In this document: positions 1 to 13,574 of the stretch, one piece after another | Layout: each line of letters begins with the position of its first letter | Position numbering within the stretch: the first letter of the stretch is position 1 | Assembly: GCA_013239625.1 (NCBI GenBank) | Contig: MU053823.1 | Span: 395,698-459,697, forward strand | Length of the DNA: 64,000 nucleotides | From: Lama guanicoe | Lineage: Eukaryota | Reading direction: 5' to 3' | Notes under the pieces: model-generated | Told to the model about the DNA's origin: nothing | Seen by the model: only the letters and a program-made list of their open reading frames with translations | Database searches by the model: none | Translations under genes and position numbers: made by a program

Positions 1-2299
1 ATTTTACAATAAAAAGAAAACTGGAAAAGGAAAAAAATTGTCATGAGCAAATTAACACGCAAACTTTTACACATTCCCAACTAAAGAGTCAGGAAAATGT
101 TACTTTTACTTAAATAACCTGTAGCTTAGTTACTAAAGTTCCTAAAATAGTCTACGGTATCAAAAAAAAAAAAATCCTAAGTTTTCTCTGGAATCCAAAT
201 GACATTTCTAATGATTTCACTTAACGGAGAAATGTTACATCAGAATATCTCTGGAACATGACACAAAATTTCAAAAATGTTCCTGAGATACAATGCACAG
301 TACAGCTCAAAGTTCTTAACATGTTAAATAGTCGGCCACCCTTTCAAATTTTCTTTCTAGATATTATGTTGAAAAGAGTTGGGAAGCTGTTAACATATTG
401 AAGAAAGCTTTATAGATATGGCTAACTGCATCACATGTCAAAAGAATAAGCTAACAACTGAGAATTCCAAAGCATCAGGAAAGAATTCCGGGATTGCTGT
501 ATTTGAGTAAACCTGCATGAATTTTCAAGATGCAGTTTTCTACTAAAGTATCAAAGTCAGAAATGCTGCCAAATATGGGACAGCAGAGCAGTGAGACAGA
601 ACTGGTCTGATCTTACATAGCAAATCCACGCTCTATATTGGAGACTTTATATTTCTAAGAACATGAAGCTAAATATCAGACGGGGTTAAAAAAAAAAGTG
701 GGGAGACAGGTAGACAGAGAAAAGGGGAGCTGAATAAAGCAAAATCATTTAAGGGGTAGGTTTGGATTTTTTTTTTCCAGTTCCAACTTGGTGGTGTTTT
801 GAAAAGTAGTAAAAAATTTGGCATATCAATATTTACACAAATTTTTACAAAGTCACAAATTGGTACACATTTTATAAGAATCTAGTAGACTCCTCCAGAC
901 CCTGTGAGGAAAAATACAGGGATCAATGAAACTGGACTGTAAACTTTATGAGGACAGAATCCCCATCTGTTTTATTCTCTACTATTATCCCCAATGGGCA
1001 ACACAGAGCCTCAGAGAGGACAGGGTTAAGGGTTAGGAGTTACTTTGAAGATTATCAAAAAACCATAGCTATTCTCAACATTCAACACCAAGCAAATGTG
1101 TACCCCGTAAGATCTAAACATAGTCATCAAAATTTTTATTTTTTCAATTTCTCATAAAAAAGCAAGCAACCCAAACCTAATGCTACTTTCCATCATCATC
1201 ATACAACTGATCTTAAAATAATGACCTCTGTTAACAATTAAAATGGGGGAAGGGGGCAATAATTTCAGTAAGGAAAGGGGAAAAGATTTAAGCAGATGGG
1301 TTCCACGCAGACCAGGCTCTAAGGGAGTAGAGCTGGCTAGCTCTGTGGCTTTTGTCCTCCAAGCCAATTTTGAAAGGGAAAAAAACATTGGAAAAGAAAA
1401 CATTGCAAGTACCAGTTACTATGAGGCCAGAAAATCAGTCTTTTTCTGCAAACCTATCATGTACACAGATGTATCATGGCACACAAATCTAAAATGCATT
1501 ACGTACAGATCCTTCTGGAGGTACTATATTATTTTTTAACAATCCTTAATATGACAGGCAGGAAAATTCCCAAGAAATGAAAGATAATTTCCCCAGCATC
1601 TGCACCTAATCTTCCCTATTCAACCTCTCTTGAAACAACTACACATGCCAGCTAACATTTAAAAATGTTCACATAACAGCTAACGTTTAAAAATAATACT
1701 TTCTTCACTGTCCTTACCACAATCTACTCCCTCATTAAAATAACATAACTATTACAGTTTCTAAAGGTTTTTTTTTTCCACATGCTTATGACTTAGTCCC
1801 ACTTGTGGAGAATATTCTTTGTGAACTAACCAGCCAGAAAGTCTCCCTAACAAATCAACATCACTCAAGTACTCCCCACAAAACAGCTGTCAGCAAGCAA
1901 CATCCAATAAAACTCCCTCTATATTTGGTTTTCTCTCTCTTCATAGGTTGTTAGTGGGTACAGAAATTTTTCCTCCAACCATTTTCACTCAGTTTAGGTC
2001 TCTGTGCCTGCTCCCCAGAGAAAGATGATAAAAGCTATGTCCCAAAGTGTAACTCGCTCTGCTCTGTCCCATTTCCCCAATCCCGTCCAGTGTTCATGGT
2101 GTTCAGTCTTCCAGTAAGAGGTAAGAGGTTTTGAGAAATCAATCTAGTGACTTACCCCAGTAGCAAATTCCACATGAATACAAACTGGGGAAAGAACAAA
2201 TTGGGAGATATTTTAAAAGGTATGTTTCATCCAGTACCCCAACAAACTAATGCCTGAAGCTTAGTATGTATTCCTTGGTAAAAGGAAAAAAAGAACAGA

Positions 2300-2367
2300 C
2301 ACTTTGGTCTGTTTCTTCACAATATGAGAAGGGGTAGAAGATTTATAAGAAGTTGCTGGTAATTTCC
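2300..2367 (+). repeat. Dispersed direct repeat, copy 1 (partner 5588-5659)
   Basis: cactttggtctgtttcttcacaatatgagaaggggtagaagatttataagaagttgctggtaatttcc aligns with 5588-5659. Confidence 0.85.
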
Positions 2368-2576
2368 TTCGCGAGGAAAAGGGGACCAAATTAGAAGGGG
2401 AAAGAAAAACGGGAACAATTTCTTGCTGTCACTTTCCCATCCACCCCAAGATGCTATCTATCATATTCAATAGGAAACATGAGAAAAATTTTAAAAGCTA
2501 CCCAACCAGAAATGAAGATAAGTGGAACTTTAGCTGGTAGCCAAGAGTCTAAAGGTTAGATATATCAGCTCCTTAC

Positions 2577-2721
2577 CCCTTGCAAGGGAAAAGGCGCGAA
2601 GAGAAAAGTGGCTCTTGACTGAATAGAGGATTGTATGTGACTGAAATTGCTGTTTCCCTTCTTGGCTCTCTGTTTTTATAATCGCAGACTGCCCCCCTCC
2701 CTGAAAAACAGACTCCAGTAC
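2577..2721 (-). other. Candidate alternative 5'UTR exon in RIMKLB intron 1
   Basis: Long minus-strand polypyrimidine tract ending CTACCAG| at 2722, with a second acceptor TTTTTCAG| at 2701. Donor GG|GTAAGG at 2577/2576. Confidence 0.35.
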
Positions 2722-3297
2722 CTGGTAGGAGTAAGAGAAGATAAGACAGAAAACAGGGAGACAGAGAAAGAGAGAAACATCAACACCATGTTGCCAAACT
2801 AACAACTAAATTTATGACATGAAAGAAGAAATTAATAGCTAACCAAGACAGAATGGAATAAACAAAAAGATTACTTCAAAACAAAATAGGCCTCCTCCCC
2901 TTTGACACACTAACTAAATAATATCCAATAACTATTAGAGAAGAAATTTATCTATGACTGTATTATGACTATGTTAGAAGTTTTCGTTTCAAAAGTTATG
3001 AAATAAATGGTGAATCTCCGTGACTGGAGTTTCTGAGAGTGTTTTATTCTAAATGACTATCTTAGAGTATTTGGACAATGAATTGTTTTTAAGAAATTGT
3101 CTTAAAAACGCACACATAAACAAAAAAAGTGACCTTGAAACTATCCAATATTATGAAATAAAGTGAGATTTAAATAACATTTACATTTTAATGGTTACAG
3201 TTAAAAATTAAGTCGTCCACAATGAACACATCAAGCCCACAAAAGAGAAATCTTCCATATTAGGCTGCCCATATAGTTTCTTTTTGTAAAAATGTCT

Positions 3298-3432
3298 CTT
3301 TTTATTTATTTATTTTTTTGGTGGAGAAGGTATTTGGTTTATTCATTTATTTTTAGAGGGGGTACTGGGGATTCAACCCATGACCTCATACAAGCTAAGC
3401 ATGTGCTCTACCACTTGAGCTATACCCTAACC
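3298..3432 (-). mobile_element. Camelid tRNA-derived SINE (Vic-1 type)
   Basis: Reverse complement of gggtatagctcaagtggtagagc...gggttgaatccccagtacc with A-rich tail. Confidence 0.9.
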
Positions 3433-4368
3433 CTTACAGTTTCCATACTGATTTCGAATTTAACCCAACTCCACAAAGACGTGGGAACAATTTCTGTAAC
3501 TAATGGGAAAATAACACACTGAAAGAATTTACATCGAAGTTACATTCGCCATGGTTAGTACAATCGCCCCCCACCTCACAGAATAGAATTAACGCCCCAT
3601 TTCTATTCACAAACACAAATGGGAGAAAATACGGGGGATTACAAATCTGCTATCAGAGATAAGGATAAATTAGTAAAGTCAATCTGAAGTTATTATCCCC
3701 TAACAACGCGGTTTTTTTTTTAAGGGCGGGGGGTGGGTGGTTAAGGAGATCTGCATCACGGTCAAATGCTTAAACAAAAATTAAACGAGACAAGCAATTA
3801 TTGTCATCCCATTCTTATTCAGAAGGCTGTCAGAGGAAAAAGAGGAAAGACTGTCACACTCTCTAAAATGCACACGTAAGGAGGAAAACGTGGAATTAAA
3901 ACAGAATAACTGCAGGACCAACATCACCCACTCCGGCCTCGGTCACACACCACAGGAATCTGTCTGACGGCAGCAGGGCCAGCAGCGATCCCCACGCTCC
4001 CGAGGACAGGTTAGCACCACGCGTGTGCGCCTCGGGACGCGCATTCCCAGGGTCACCACACCCCCTCACCCACCGGGGACCCGACTCTCCCCGCCCGAGG
4101 CCGCCGCCTCCCTCCAGCCTCCCGCCCCCGGCATCCTCAGCCCCTCCCGGCGCGCACGCCCCGCCGCCCCTGGCTCCGAGGCGACCACCGGCCTCCACAA
4201 GCCCCCGGCCCCAGGCGCGCACGGCCCGCTTCCCTCCCGCCCCCGGCCCAGCTCCTCCGGAGCCCTTTCGGCCCAACTCGGCCGCGGCGGGGAGGGCGGC
4301 GGGGGCGGGCGGGCGTGCCTCCGCCTCTCGCCGCGACCCCCGGGGAAGGACGCGAGGGTCCTGCTCAC

Positions 4369-4624
4369 CTGGCTCCGGCGGCTCCTCCCTTGCTCTCGGC
4401 CGGAGGCGCCGGGCTGGGGCCTCCGAGGGCAGCGCGGGCGGCCGGGCGGACTGGAAGTCCGAGAAGGAGAGGAGGGGGAGGGGATCAGGATGCCGGGAGC
4501 CGCCTCCTTTCTCCTCCTCCTTCGCCGCCGCCGCCGCCGCGGCTCCCGCAGCCAGGCCCAGCGCCCTCGCCCACTCGCCCCCTTCCTCACAGACGCGCGG
4601 CCGACCCGGCTCTCCCGCACCCCC
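4369..4624 (-). other. RIMKLB: RIMKLB non-coding exon 1 (5' end runs into N gap)
   Basis: Minus-strand donor GAGCCAG|GTGAGC at 4369/4368. The (GGC)n/GGAGGAG-rich sequence resembles the recalled human RIMKLB 5'UTR. The coding exons lie left of the window. Confidence 0.65.
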
Positions 4625-4767
4625 NNNNNNNNNNNNNNNNNNNNNNNNNNNNNNNNNNNNNNNNNNNNNNNNNNNNNNNNNNNNNNNNNNNNNNNNNNNN
4701 NNNNNNNNNNNNNNNNNNNNNNNNNNNNNNNNNNNNNNNNNNNNNNNNNNNNNNNNNNNNNNNNNNN
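4625..4767. other. Assembly gap (N run)
   Basis: Run of n characters. Confidence 1.
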
Positions 4768-5587
4768 GCCCGCGTGCTGAGGAGCCCGCGCGCGCCCGAG
4801 CCCCGCCCTCCAGGCGCGGCGGCGCGGGGGGCGGGGGGCGGCGGAGCGAGGGGCCGGGCCAGCCGGCCGAACCCGGCCGAGCGGATCTGACACCTGCGTC
4901 GGGACCCGCCCCCCGGGCGCCCCGTCCCCACTCGCAGCCATAGCGGGCCCCGCGGGTCGAGGAGAGGCGATGGAGTGCGCGCGCCCGGGGGGAAATGGGA
5001 GCGCGAGGGCGCTTCGAGGACGCGCTTTCCCCACCCGCCCCCAAACCGTCCTCACTGAGAAAGGGAAGCGGGTGGGGGGCCGAGGATTGTCCTGGACTCG
5101 GAACCGCGGGTGAATCCCTTCCGTTGTACCCCCTGCCGCCCTCACAGGCCCCCCTCGGGCCCCCTTCATCCACACTTTGAACCCTGACGCGAGCCCACCC
5201 AGCCTCCCGGGCGCACGCTGCCCCCCGCCTCCCCCTCGAGTCCTCTCAAACCGTGGTCTTCCCTCCCAAGGCAAAGATTTGGGGACAAAGATCGTAAATA
5301 CCTTTAAGGTCCCCTGTGTGCGGAATAAAGACAATGCCAATGCACATTGTGAGGCAAATTTGGAAACTACATCATATATTTTCAGGTTTTAAGATACAGA
5401 CAGGGTAGCGTGGTACAGCCAGCCCTGCCACTTAGAAACCAGTGTCAACCTTGAGCAAATGGTTTACTTAACTTCCTCTGCGTCTTTGTTATGAAAAGAG
5501 TGTATTCCAAGGTTGCTCTGAGAATGAAATGTAATGATATACTTAAAAGCATTTTGTAGATTCTCAAACTCTAGGTAAAAAAGTGTT

Positions 5588-5659
5588 CACTTGGTGTTTT
5601 TCTTCCCAATATGGCTGAGAAGGGGTAGAAGGTTTGTAAGATGTTGCTGGTAATTTTCC
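5588..5659 (+). repeat. Dispersed direct repeat, copy 2 (partner 2300-2367)
   Basis: cacttggtgtttttcttcccaatatggctgagaaggggtagaaggtttgtaagatgttgctggtaattttcc. Confidence 0.85.
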
Positions 5660-8600
5660 TCTGGTGGGGAAGGTCCAAAAACTCCACACGGAAGGGTCAA
5701 AATTTGAATATGTTCAACTATAGTAATGCTTGTTAACAGATTTTTCTAGATCATGAAGAATAAAACCAAAGGTAATAGATGACCCTGCTACCTTACTTGG
5801 GAGATTCATTTCCAAATAACCTCAGTCATTTATTAAGACCAATATCCCAGATGTGAGAAACAAGTGTCCTAACAAATTTGCCTTCTTCAGATCACATCCC
5901 CTTCTCAGTTGCCTCAGCCAACAAATTCTTTTCAGCATTCCTTTCCCAATCTTTAGGGTCTGCTTTTTTTTTTTTCTGATTTACCTCAGGGGACTGAGAG
6001 TCCTTTGAGAAATGTAGCATGACCTGGGGTGTTAATTTATGGGCGGCATCTTAATCTGTGTGATACTTCTCTGTATTTTTGTCTGCTCAACTCTAAGAGT
6101 TAACTATAAAAATATTTTATTAAAAAACTATAAAAACAGTTACCTACTCGATTAAGTTGTTATAAGGAGTAAAAATATGGAAGACTTAATGCCCGGCACA
6201 AAGCAAGTGATATTCTAAGTGTTTACTGCTGTTATTATATGTTATGATAGAAAGTAACCTATTTTTACAAAAAGCTATTTTTACAAAAGATGGGTTAAGA
6301 GGAATAAATAAATATGATGTACTATCCTGAGAAGAAAGGGGGAAGTTCTACAGAAATAAAATGTCGCTGTTTACTCCACCCTGACATTCATCTCCTGGAA
6401 CATGAAGTACTTCCCTTCAATCTAAAGACAAAGACAAGAATCATTTTGTGATCAAAGAAAGCTTGATCAGAGATATGAACATAATGAGAATCTGGAACAA
6501 GAAGCAAATTGGCGCAAAGAAAAGGTTGCAGACCCGCCCAGCAGAGGATCAACAATACCTATTCTATCCTTCAGTCCCACAGTTAAGAATCCCAGTTCAT
6601 GGTAACTATGCACCGTCCAGAAAGAGCAAGTTATGTTGGTGAAACTGCATAGAGAGTATTTGACTATTAACTCACTGGACACTTGCCTTTTAGAAATTCA
6701 GTATATTGTCACTATGTGCCAGATGCATCCTAAGAAACTCAAAACTTTGCTTTTCACTTAATCTAGTCAGGGAAACACATCTAGAAGTTATTTTAAAAAA
6801 CAAAGCCAATAATATGGCTTAGTATAAAGATAATGATCTTTGGATAATGATCCAATTCATACCTCATATTTTTGTATTAAGTAATGAGGAAGCAGTATAA
6901 TTATTTTTTGTATTTCCGTAGTGGAAAAACAAGGTCCAGAAAGGCTGAGTTTCTTAGATTCAATCATAATCTTTGTGCTTTCGTGGTAGATATCTGGATA
7001 GGCATGGACTTAACATCTCCCTTGGGTAGCAAAGTATTTTAAGTCGTTTATCTTGGTTTAAACATGCACCATTCATTTTGAACCCATAAACTAATATTTT
7101 TCAGGAGGCTGAGGTCAGTTGAATCCCTTGAGAAAACATTATCGTGAGTAACTTATCATCTCTGGAGTCAGATGAATCTGATGTATCTGCTTTGAAATGC
7201 CAGCTTCATTTACTACCACCATGGTTGCTTTACCTCATTAAGCCTCAGTTTTCTTATCAACAAAATGAAGATCAACTACTTAATTAAGTTATAAGGATTA
7301 ATGAGGTAACTCAAATATAATACACTACATAGTAAATGCTCAATAAATATTAGCTATTATTATACAAGACCGATACCAAAATAGTTAAATGCCAAAGAGA
7401 ACTTATACAACATTTAGATCTTTGTGGTAATAGTACAAATAGTTATATTTCCTGAGGTCCCTGTGAGTGTGAGACCAACCCTATCCTGAGTAATATATTT
7501 GAGACGAAATTGAAGGGTATCCTTTGCCTAAAGCAAAACATTTCCAGATTTTTGTTCTTATTTCTAGACACAATATAACCAATGAAGGGCTTAAATCAGA
7601 ATATCTGGGATTGGGATCCAGACACCAATATTTTGTAAAACTCTTCTGGGAATTCTACTGTGCAGCCAAGCTAAAGACCAAAGTTTAGACAACAGAGATG
7701 CTGGGATTATGCGTTTATGACCACATTGAAACGTACACATTATCTAGACATCTCAGTTAATCAGATTAGCTGGTTAGAATATGACAGCTGGATTTGCAGC
7801 AGGTTCTTGGTGGGCAATATGAATAGAGGGAAGGCACGTGAAAGAAGAGAGTTTGATGAAAACAAAATCTCCCCCAGCAAAGTTACCCAGAGTCTCTAAT
7901 TTGACTTGTGTTGCACTGGTGTGCAACTGCCTCAGCGGGAAGAGCCTAACTCACCTAGTGTTATCTAGATTGTGAGCCGAGCAAAAATCTCTATGCAAAA
8001 ATCTCTACGTACTCCCATAGATACCATCTGGTGCAAATCTTTTCCTCCTGGGTTTAAAGACAAAGAAACTGGGATCTGATCAAAACTAAAGGCCTTAAAG
8101 TAGTAAAGAGAAAAACTGTAAATAGAAGTGAATCTAGAATTGTTATCAGTACCTAAAATAGTGTTCTTCATGGAGTATCTGATGTGAATCATGTGGGTGG
8201 AGAAAAGGCAGTGGGCGTCTCGTAAGGGAAGCTACACTAGCAGATAAGGAGCAGGAGCAGGAGCAGCAGCTGCAGGAGATCCAGCTCTCCCCGAGCTTCC
8301 TCTCCCAGAGCCAGCCGGCTAGAACCAGCCCAGCAACAGCAGTCTTCACAGAAGAGCTAAACACTGACCTAGCCTTTCTCCACCCACATCCCCTCCCTTT
8401 TCCTCCATTCCATTTCTGTACATTAAGCTGAGTACCTCTCTAACTATGCTAAAATGCCAATGCCAGACACAAAGCAGGATGGGGTGGGGAAAGGGAAGAA
8501 AGATCATATGTTGGCTGAATCAGAGAAGGAAAGGCGGTAAAGAAAAAAAAAAAAAGACTTAGAGGAGTGATGTGGGTTTCCCCCTCCTTTAATTGTACCT

Positions 8601-10169
8601 GGTTACTATTTCTTTTTCCCCTACTACATAGAAGTAAACCAGGATGTTTAAAATGAAGATTCTTTGATCTTCACCCCTGACCTTGCACATTAGCCTGAGT
8701 ACCTATCTGCATTTTTTGAGTCAAACTCAAAGCTTATGGAATCAGCCAGAAGTCTGCGTTTTTAACAAGCCTACCGAGTGATTTTTAGACATATGAGTTT
8801 GAGAATGGAGTCTTAAAGAGACAACCATTTGTAAAATGTCCTTTATTTAAAGCACTCAGCATTTATAAATTCATGTTAAGCCTCAAGCAACCTTGCAGTG
8901 TTGAGCAAATGTTGTTAGTCTCTCCCCTGACAGAAGAGAAGATTGAAGCAATGAGATTAAACCATTGGCAGCAATGCCCTAGACTCCGGATTCTGGGAAG
9001 AAGAGAGAAGGGAATAAGTAAACGTGGAAAGCAGCACATTCTCTTCTAAAGAACAGAGGAAGCCTCAAGTAATAAGAGAAAAAAAGAAAACAAGAGCTCT
9101 CCATTTGGCACAGGGAAATGTGATTGAATTGGTAGACATTTCAACCACGGAAACGATAGACTTCAAAGCACACATGGGCTGCACAGATCTGCCACACATC
9201 TGTGTCACCAGCAGCACCCTGAATGATCAACAAATATTTCCAGGTTGAATGGAACATGAAGGAATGGGTTCTAGGAGCATCCTAATGACCTGGCACTGTC
9301 ATGATTGTCCAGATCCACTTTGCCGTCTTTTACACACTCAGAAAGTTACACTAGGGAGCCCTGTTCGTTAGTCTCAGCTCACATAGTCACCCTTGATGCA
9401 AAGAAACAGAACAACTTATATCTATTCTGTCCAAATCCGTATCTGCCCTTCATTTTCTTATCTGTTTCTTCATTTTCTTTTGAAATCATTTTTGCTCTCT
9501 TGGGTTTCAATCCCATATTGATCATCAAGCTAGATTGTGTTTGTTTAATCTTCCTTGCTTTTCCCATTTAACGTTTCTTCCATCAGTTCCACCTAAACCC
9601 CCAGTTTCCTTGATTTTTCATCTCTTTCTCAATGCTTTTCAATTTGGGTTTCATACTAGCAGCGTGATATAAGGTCAGAGGAGAGAGAAGAGAGGAAGAA
9701 AGAAAAAAGGAAAATTTATGTTGAGTGACAGTGAAATAACTAGGTGAATCTCTAATATACAAGTTCCAGTCCTTCTTGCTAGTTTCCCAAAACTTTTCTG
9801 GACAACCCGGGGAGACAACCTAGACCAAGACAGAGGACCTGTAATACTGGCTTCCTTGGTAAGTAAATGGTGAATGAAAACTTAGGCATGAGGAAATTGC
9901 CATAGAAATATTTGAAACATATATAATTATAACGTGTCCCCAGTTTCATAATAAATCTAACATGTCTTAGAACATGAAATGTTCTCAGAGCCTTTTTATT
10001 AAACAGTTTAATTCTCCTAAAAACCCTGCTGGGTTTGAGTGTCTTCCTTTTACAAAAGAGCAAACTGAGGAACAGAAAGGTTGAATAACTTGTCCGAACT
10101 CCCACAACTAGCAAGTGGCAAAAGCATGATTTGAATCCAAACATCCAAGTTCATACTTTGGTGGGGAGG

Positions 10170-10272
10170 TGGGAGGGTGGCTCAGTGTTTAGAGTGCGTG
10201 CTCATGCACGAGGTCCTGGGCTCAATCCACAGTACCTCCACTAAAAATTAATAAACCTAATCACCACCCCCC
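10170..10272 (+). mobile_element. Camelid tRNA-derived SINE
   Basis: A/B box head; flanking TSD-like agt(t/a)catact. Confidence 0.85.
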
Positions 10273-10449
10273 AAGAGTACATACTCTTAACCAATTTCTT
10301 ATAATCCCTCCAAGACTAGACAATTGATTCTGTCTGCAGTTTCCCTCCACTACTTAGTATGTAAAAGTTTTATTTAGCTGTAGATGCTTATGTCTCTAAC
10401 ATCATATACAAACATTTGATAAATAATGGTACGTATGTATTAGAATTTG

Positions 10450-10640
10450 TAGGTAAACAACAAGCTTATACTGTATAGCACAGGAAGCTATATTCAATGT
10501 CTTGCAGTAACTTACAGTGAAAAAGAATATGAAAACAAACGTATGTATGTGCACGTATGACTGAAGCATTGTGCTGTACACCAGAAACCGACACAACATT
10601 ATAAACTGACTATACTTCAGTAACCATATATATATAAAAG
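10450..10640 (+). mobile_element. Young L1 3' end (camelid type)
   Basis: tgtgctgtacaccagaaaccgacacaacattataaactgactatacttca; TSD-like agaatttgt on both sides. Confidence 0.85.
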
Positions 10641-12274
10641 AATTTGTCACAAAGGATCTGAGTCCATTAACAAGCATATATAAAGCATGTATAAAGATTT
10701 AACCAAAAATACTGTTATTCTCCAAATATATATAGATTCTATTGTGATTAACTAAGTACAAATCCATTTGTCATAAATGAATTTGCTAAAGCTGTGGAAG
10801 CCTTTTCATTATGCTTTTTCTCAAACTTCAGTTACTAAAAATAAAACTACTGTTTTGTGGGAAACTGTGAAATGTTTTGAGCTTTAAAAGGGGACCCACT
10901 GACATCTTGGGACAGAAAGGGTTTAGCAGAAATTCAGGGTTTAACAGACAAGCCAGAGTTCAGCACCTTAGAGAGAGGGCAAAAGCAGGTCAGTGTCCTT
11001 GGCAGTCCCAGCTGGTAGATGTGATGTCACCGGAGAAGTGGAGCGGGGAGCAGGGGAGGTGGAATTTAAGGTGGGAAAAGCGGAGAGACCCTTTGAAGGG
11101 GAGAACTGTGGGGGCGGGAGAGGAGGAATTTACAGAGGCGGACTGAAGTCAGCCTTTTATAGGCTGATCGCAGAAACAGCTGAAATACCACTTCCTCCTC
11201 CCTCTTCCCGGCCTGCTTCTCCCCCAGGGCCTCACACCCTACCTCCGATTCACCATCAGACCCCCTCTGCTGGAGACAAAGACAGCAGAGAAAGGAATGA
11301 GGGGGAAAGACCAGCCTGAAAGGGAATAATTTCATTACAGGAGAGAGTGGTGAGGAAAGAAGTGAAGAGAATTTTATTCAAATCCAGGGAAACATGATGG
11401 AGAAGAAGAAAAACAAAAGAGCAGATGAAAAAATAGTGGGAAGAAAAGGAGGAAAAGATGACTGAATGAAACAAAAGACATATTAATGAATGGAGCAAAA
11501 GTAGTACTGGAAATTCAATTATAAGAACTTCTAATTAACTTTTTAAAATGAAGTGAGCAAAGAGCTGTGGAAGACATCATAATGCTGCAAGCTGGAACCA
11601 TCAAAATTTTGTAGTGTTTTTGCAACAAAGCAAAACTTGGATGGTCCCAACTAGGACTTCCCTCCCCAGCCCGCATCCAAGTTCAAAGCTGTGCTGCCTC
11701 TGTGTTTAATCTGCCGAGATCCAGAAGTTCTCATGACCAAAAGCTAAATATCATTCCAGGTGTAGGTAGTCCCTGTTTAATTTGGTTAATAATCATAGTA
11801 ATAACAATAACTACCCTTGGAATGTGGAAATAGTGCATTTCAACATCTCTCCTTTTGAAATGCCATACATTTCGCATATTAATCACCCAAAATAAATTCT
11901 CCAATCCTGTTCAATTAATCTCTGATCAACATTGAATGTCTTTCCATCATGTCCAATAAATAGCTCTCTCATCTAACAGCAACAAAAAACCCTCTTTCTC
12001 ATTTAAGAACTGGTAGTGTTCCTTTCTGGATGATCCCCTGGTGTAACCAAAACATACATGTAATATACATGCCAAGATAAACAGCATCGAGAAAGAAAGA
12101 AGAGAGAAAACCTGCGAAACATCTTACCAAGATATCAAAACTAGGGATCTATCTATATATACATATACATATACATACATATATATTTAGTGCCGACATC
12201 TGGAAGGACGTTGCCTTTCTTTCCCTCTTTCTTTTGAATTTCTTCCTTTTTAAAAAAAATATATATTAATGTGC

Positions 12275-12406
12275 AATTTTGTTTTTTTAATTTTGTGGGG
12301 GAGGGTAATTACATTTATTATTTTTTTTAGTGGAGGTATTGGCTATTGAACCCAGGACCTCATGCATGCTAAGCAGGCACTCTACCACTAAGCTACACCC
12401 TCCCCC
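12275..12406 (-). mobile_element. Camelid tRNA-derived SINE
   Basis: Reverse complement of the SINE consensus. Confidence 0.9.
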
Positions 12407-12920
12407 AAATTTCTCCCTTTTCTAAGGAAGGAATTTTTATTGTTTATCTTGTTTTTCTCCTTCATTTCCCCTTTCTCCAAATCTCCCTTTTTCTCTCTTG
12501 TTGCAACAACTTCTCTATTTCCATCTCAGGTTGCCCCTGTATTTCCTTCTGACTTTGTTGTGTCTTGGCTTAGTCAGCCAGACTGCCACTAAAAACTTTC
12601 AGAGCTGGAATCAGAACAGCGCATTTGGCAAAAAGTCAGTCACACATACCACACAACCACAAACAAGCACTCTGACTGCAAAATCCTTTCAACAATACAT
12701 TCCTGTTTCTTGCAGTCAGCAGTTCGCATTAGACCCATGATCTGAAATAAGCAACACATAGATTCACATACATTCTGCAGGCACATGGCTTCTGCAGGCA
12801 GCTCACAAAGACACAATCTCTGCAGAAAGGTCCTGCAGACAGCACATCCCGGCCGTGCATTCCCCGCCCCTTCCAGAGTTCTTCCTGACTGGCTCTTTCT
12901 CCCAGCCGCCTCCTCCCCTC

Positions 12921-13147
12921 ATGCTGCCTGGCAAGGACTCCCCTCCTTTTCCGGCAGTTCTTGAAGTAACTGCGGTGCCATCCATCACCCTCCCAGCAGA
13001 TCCTCAAGCAAAGCAATTGTTTCCTGAAGCTCTTTTCTCCGAGACTGGGAACTTGCTCTGGTGAGAAAGGACTGTCAGCACAGAATCTCCTTCTGGAACA
13101 CAATACTGTGGGCTGGTCCCTACTGCCCTCACTGTTTCTACATAGAG
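12921..13147 (+). pseudogene. Putative tandem-PH-like unitary pseudogene, segment 1
   Basis: ATG at 12921 downstream of a GC box (12862-12870). With two frameshifts it reads MLPGKDSPPFPAVLE/*LRCHPSPSQQILKQSNCFLKLF/LRDWELALVRKDCQHRISFWNTILWAGPYCPHCFYIE, ending at a weak donor GAG|GTTTTC. Confidence 0.4.
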
Positions 13148-13574
13148 GTTTTCATTTTGACATGGAAGGCTTGGGGAGAAGGAAAAAGAGGAGAAAGCAG
13201 ACAGAAAAAGGGAAGGAAGGGGAAAAGAGACAGCCCCAGTAGACACTTCGACGAAGATAACTTGCACAAAAGCAGAGAAACAGACTTACAGGGGGAAAGC
13301 AGAGGAGAGATAAAATGGAGGACGAAGTACAAAAGTCAAAGGAAACAGAGAGAGAAGATAAAAGTATGAAAGATTCCTTTTAACAGTTTATTGAGCTTTT
13401 TGTTACGCAATAAGTTATCAACGAGACCCTAGAGGCAGGACAGAAGATCTTTAGAAAAAAGGCCAATAGGAGAAGCAGAAATAAAGAGAATATAATCTCC
13501 TGATAAGATTATACATTGCAATTGTTGAGATATACTTACACGAAAAATGTGTCTGTCGTGTATATGAAATTCAG

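Larger units (their letters stand above)
3930..5260. promoter_or_regulatory. RIMKLB: CpG island / GC-rich promoter of RIMKLB (contains assembly gap 4625-4767)
   Basis: Very high GC and CpG density with many GC boxes. Its position next to MFAP5-AICDA matches the conserved RIMKLB-MFAP5-AICDA order. The long ORFs here are GC-rich artefacts. Confidence 0.8.

Noticed and set aside
3896-5340. Several 190-425 aa ORFs on both strands
   Set aside because: They are stop-poor GC-rich CpG-island frames spanning an N gap, with low-complexity Pro/Gly/Arg/Ala translations.
8146-8400. GAGCAG-repeat stretch resembling a Q/E-rich coding exon
   Set aside because: No convincing splice sites or homology; probably an old LTR or low-complexity sequence.
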